Shown here: in pieces, positions 60,315 to 64,000 of the stretch
Numbering within the stretch: position 1 is the first letter of the stretch
Layout of the letters: every line of letters begins with the position of its first letter
Origin: Octopus sinensis
Taxonomy: Eukaryota
Direction: 5' to 3'
Assembly (NCBI RefSeq): GCF_006345805.1
Contig: NC_043015.1
Span: 38,378,001-38,442,000, forward strand
DNA: 64,000 nucleotides
Program-made: the position numbers and the translations under genes
The notes under the pieces: generated by a model
What the model saw: the letters and a program-made list of their open reading frames with translations, nothing else
What the model was told of the DNA's origin: nothing
Database searches by the model: none

Positions 60315-62142
60315 GTACAGAATACTCAGTAATTTTGCTTGCTGTACCAAGAAAGCCTCTATATCTAGTGGCCATTCTACCTACCAGTAATAGCAGCTAA
60401 TTTCCCTCAAATCATATCCTGTTATCCACAAATACTAACCAAAAATGTACTGGATTACTGCTGATCCGGAGTCAAACAGCAAATTCTTACCAGTGATGTT
60501 GAAGAAGGTTCTATGAGTCGGCCCCAAATATTAGAAAAAGCAGATCAATTTCAAAGTCAATTCTCAAATCACACACCTTCACAAGCTTTAGAAGAATGAA
60601 GAATGCATTAGATAACATAGTCTTGGATAAACGATGTGGATAAAAAGAAAGAAAGTAGTTGTGGCTGATGGTTGGAACTCTTTGATCATAGGACTTCCTG
60701 ATCAGGGCTAATAAAGAACTGAGAGCAGCTATTTATATCTTTTTACATTCCAATCTTAGATCCTACATAGATCGAAGCAGGATCCTATATCCTTCTGGTA
60801 GAGATATGGTGGAGGTGGGTTGAGGTACAATAATATTCACATCAGACAAATTCTAGGGATCAACTATCATAGAGTCAAGCTTGACCCTGATCCTCCGCTC
60901 ATCTCTATCTTCCATGACATGTGATAATCTCTCTCAGCACCATCCACTGATCGACATAGATTTGTGTGAAGTGAGATTCAACAATTAAGTTTCTGAAAGC
61001 TAAAATATGTCCACCTCGGTATCAATGAATAATTTTTGATAGGTTTTCAGTCACAAGTTCATCGTTGGAGGTTCATAATATTACGCAGGGGGTGTATGGT
61101 GGCAATATTTATTTGAGTTTTCCTAAATGTTTATTAACTTGTAACATGTTTGTATTTACATCCATGAGATAAGGAACATAAGAGCTAGAGTCTTCTCTAC
61201 TGCATTCCGTTGGATAATATTAGGAAAGAAGTTCATAGTTATTGAAAACAGAATAGCCAGAGTGAGAACCATTGCAAGTAAGTGATGTGTCCATGAATCA
61301 ACATTATAACTTAAGACTGGGAACTTTGTCGAATGTGACACAAACATGTGAAATAAGAAACAATAGAATAAGCATGAGAGGTTATCTCATTGTGAAAAGC
61401 AATAAAGCTCTGTGTGACTTCTGAATGGTTTTTGTCTGAAGTTGAATTCATTCGCTTTTTATGAGAGTAAACCAAACATTCTAGCAATTTCAATTATTTA
61501 GCAGGTAACCTCACACTTCTTTTAAAGTTTACTAGGTCAAACTTAGAAGTCACTCAATGCTGATTGGTCAAGCGATATTTGGTAATGCAATCACCTACCC
61601 ACTCTCTCACAATTTCAGCCCTTGTACCTATATTAGAAGGAATTTGTAAAAGTTATAAAAAGATAATAAAAGATAAGAGGATAAAAAGATAAAGTTTTAC
61701 AGAGATTCACCTGAAGAAGACTCATAAAATGAAGTGGTAAGGGGTTTGGTAGGGGAATAAGTTAAAGGGGCCAAATCTAGGAAGACCAAACAAGAAAACC
61801 ACTAATTAAATTTAAATAAAATAACACTAATTGGTTAACAATTGTTAAGTTGTGTTATTATGGCATGGATAATTAGATAAAGTAAGGGGTGGTTTATTGA
61901 CAGTGACTTTGAATATTTTATCAAAATATTTGTTTCTTTATTGCCTACAAGGGGCTAAACACAGAGGAGACCAACAAGGACAAACAAAGGGATTAAGTCG
62001 ATTACATCGACCCCAGTGCTTAACTGGTATTTATTTAATCGACCCTGAAAAGATGAAAGGCAAAATCCACCTCTGCGGAATTTGAACTCAGAATACCCAG
62101 CGTGCTAATGTTTCTGCCAGCTCACCGCCTTATTTTATCAAC

Positions 62143-62542
62143 ATACTAGCAGTATCGCCCGGCGTTGCTCGGGTTTGTTTCGACCCTTTAGAATTGGAAT
62201 TTTTGAAAAGTAAAAATTTTGCATTATGTAGTTTGTTATTCTCTTTAAGTGAACATTTTTTCTGGTTGAAATACACCGAAAAATGGCGACACAGCAGTCC
62301 AAAAATTGTAAAATATAGGGATTTCCATAGAAAAAAAAGCACCTTTTTTATGTAAATATTTTTTGGTGTTAACATGGTCCGATTTTAATTTTTTCTTCTA
62401 CGGAAGAAAGAGCAAGCCTTCTTCTATCATACTCTCAACTTTGGTGAACTTGCGCTGCAGGCTCTCGGAGGAGATAGTGTTAGTTGAAAGCAACCAAACC
62501 TGCCACACACAGACAACTTCAGCTTTTATATATATAGAGAGA
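62143..62542. mobile_element. Non-autonomous Helitron/Helentron-like element
   Basis: It starts 'tactagcagtatcgcccggcgttgctcggg' (ACTAG plus a hairpin) and ends 'cacacagacaacttcagcttttatatatataga'. A similar end is seen near 28640-28675. Confidence 0.5.
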
Positions 62543-64000
62543 TAGATTGGTTAAATAAAATCAAGTGATCTTACATCGACCCCAGTGCATAACTAGTACT
62601 TAATTTATCAACCCCGAAAGGATGATAGGCAAAGTCGACCTCGGCGGAATTTGAACTCAGAACATAACGGCACACAAAAAACTGCTAAACATTTCGCCCG
62701 GGGTGCTAACCTTTCTGCCAGCTCACCGCCTTTATTATCACTGTTGGTAATAAAAATCAATTAAGTGCACCTAATTTGCAATCAAATCCGACACTGATTT
62801 CTGTTCCTTGTTTTTCTTTTCCCCTCAATCCCTGTTTTCTATTTCTCGCCCTGTCACAACTCCGTCAAGGTCAGCTTATGCTTTTTTACAAGTCAAATAC
62901 AATACATGTCAGGCAACTCATTTATCACTGCCGTTCACTGACCTTTCTCTCTCACATGTTACGACTGAATAATTAAAACAGAAACATTTATATCTTGCTC
63001 TCTCCCTCTCCTTCTCTCTGTCTATATCTAATATATATATATACACACATATATATATATATATATACAGACTACGTGTATATAAAAAAGAAAAAAACAG
63101 CTCATCTGTACTACCACGACAAAAAGGGTATGTTGTCCTTTTTTTTCCTTCTATCACAGGTATTTTTATTTAAACTGTTCCACCTTGCTAAACATAGCAA
63201 CCGAATCTCCCACCAATCTTTGGAAAAAGAGGAATTTCGGGTCCATTCTCTCCATCTGAATTTATTATCACTAATTTCCGTAACTTTTGCATATTTCACT
63301 TTTTCTTTTTCATTTTTATATGGAAAACCTACAGAAATGTAATTCTGCAAAATGTTAGGTAAAAGTATGCATTTTCCAAAAAGTTATAAAGAAACAAACT
63401 GGGGGTGGTCGAACATGAAATTGTAACACGGTGTAATGTAAGCATCGATATATCAATCAGAGAAAGACGTCTCTGATAAGATCACTACTTCTTACAGCTT
63501 GCAATTAGATTAGTTCGATTTTCATTTCACCATTTCATTTATATGTTCCGTTTCCTTTTTCTCTTTTAATTTGCCTCACCTGAGAGTCTTACCTGGTGTT
63601 TTGTCATGCTTGAATTAGCAACTTTCAACTTGTAAAACTTCAATATTATCAAGAACTATAAAAGAACGAGGTATTTATAGTCACATCTTGATGATTAAAC
63701 ATGTCAATACTTCTTGCAACATCAAAACTACAGAATGCATCTTAGACTGATTCGGTTTTTTTATGTAGCAATTTTACTTTTTTACGTACAGTGTCCCCCC
63801 CCCCCTTATTCGCGGTCCCGATTATTCGCGGAATCGTAAATATCCTCCGCGATCTTTTATGGCATTTCGTGGCAATATATAGTTTTTCAAACTTTATAAG
63901 GCTAAATTATTAATACGTCCCTTGGCAGCTGAAGGTCGCTCTAATTAGAATCGCCGCGTACGTTGACACTTGAATATCTCCTTGTATATCTCATTTCTGC

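Noticed and set aside
61705-61740. CTGAAGA hammerhead half-core; a similar half-core lies at about 49855 on the - strand
   Set aside because: I could find no matching GAAA, stem III or stem I partner.

Overview
This is AT-rich, repeat-dense eukaryotic genomic DNA. Its SINE/LINE content and intron style suggest a cephalopod such as Octopus, which is my inference. Genes: (1) a probable METTL4 first coding exon on the - strand, head-to-head with (2) a complete 9-exon RCL1 gene (379 aa) containing a clear U12-type minor-spliceosome intron; (3) a tandem cluster of 5-exon regucalcin/SMP-30 (SGL six-bladed beta-propeller) genes. The cluster has one frameshifted copy, two intact 301-aa copies, two orphan exons with in-frame deletions, and a duplicated upstream block at the right edge that suggests a further copy beyond the window. 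Transposon remnants include a Tx1/L1 LINE, mariner, Tigger, RTE, an RLE-type LINE, Penelope-like fragments, a piggyBac-like MITE, a Helitron-like element and three SINE-like families. The least obvious signal is a set of about nine type I hammerhead-ribozyme-like motifs scattered through introns and flanks. Several have palindromic stem III or a long stem II insert, some sit in long inverted repeats, and some lie next to Penelope-like RT/GIY-YIG fragments. Almost all ORFs in the supplied track are artefacts of microsatellites or repeats. All protein and repeat assignments come from reading and recall, not database searches.
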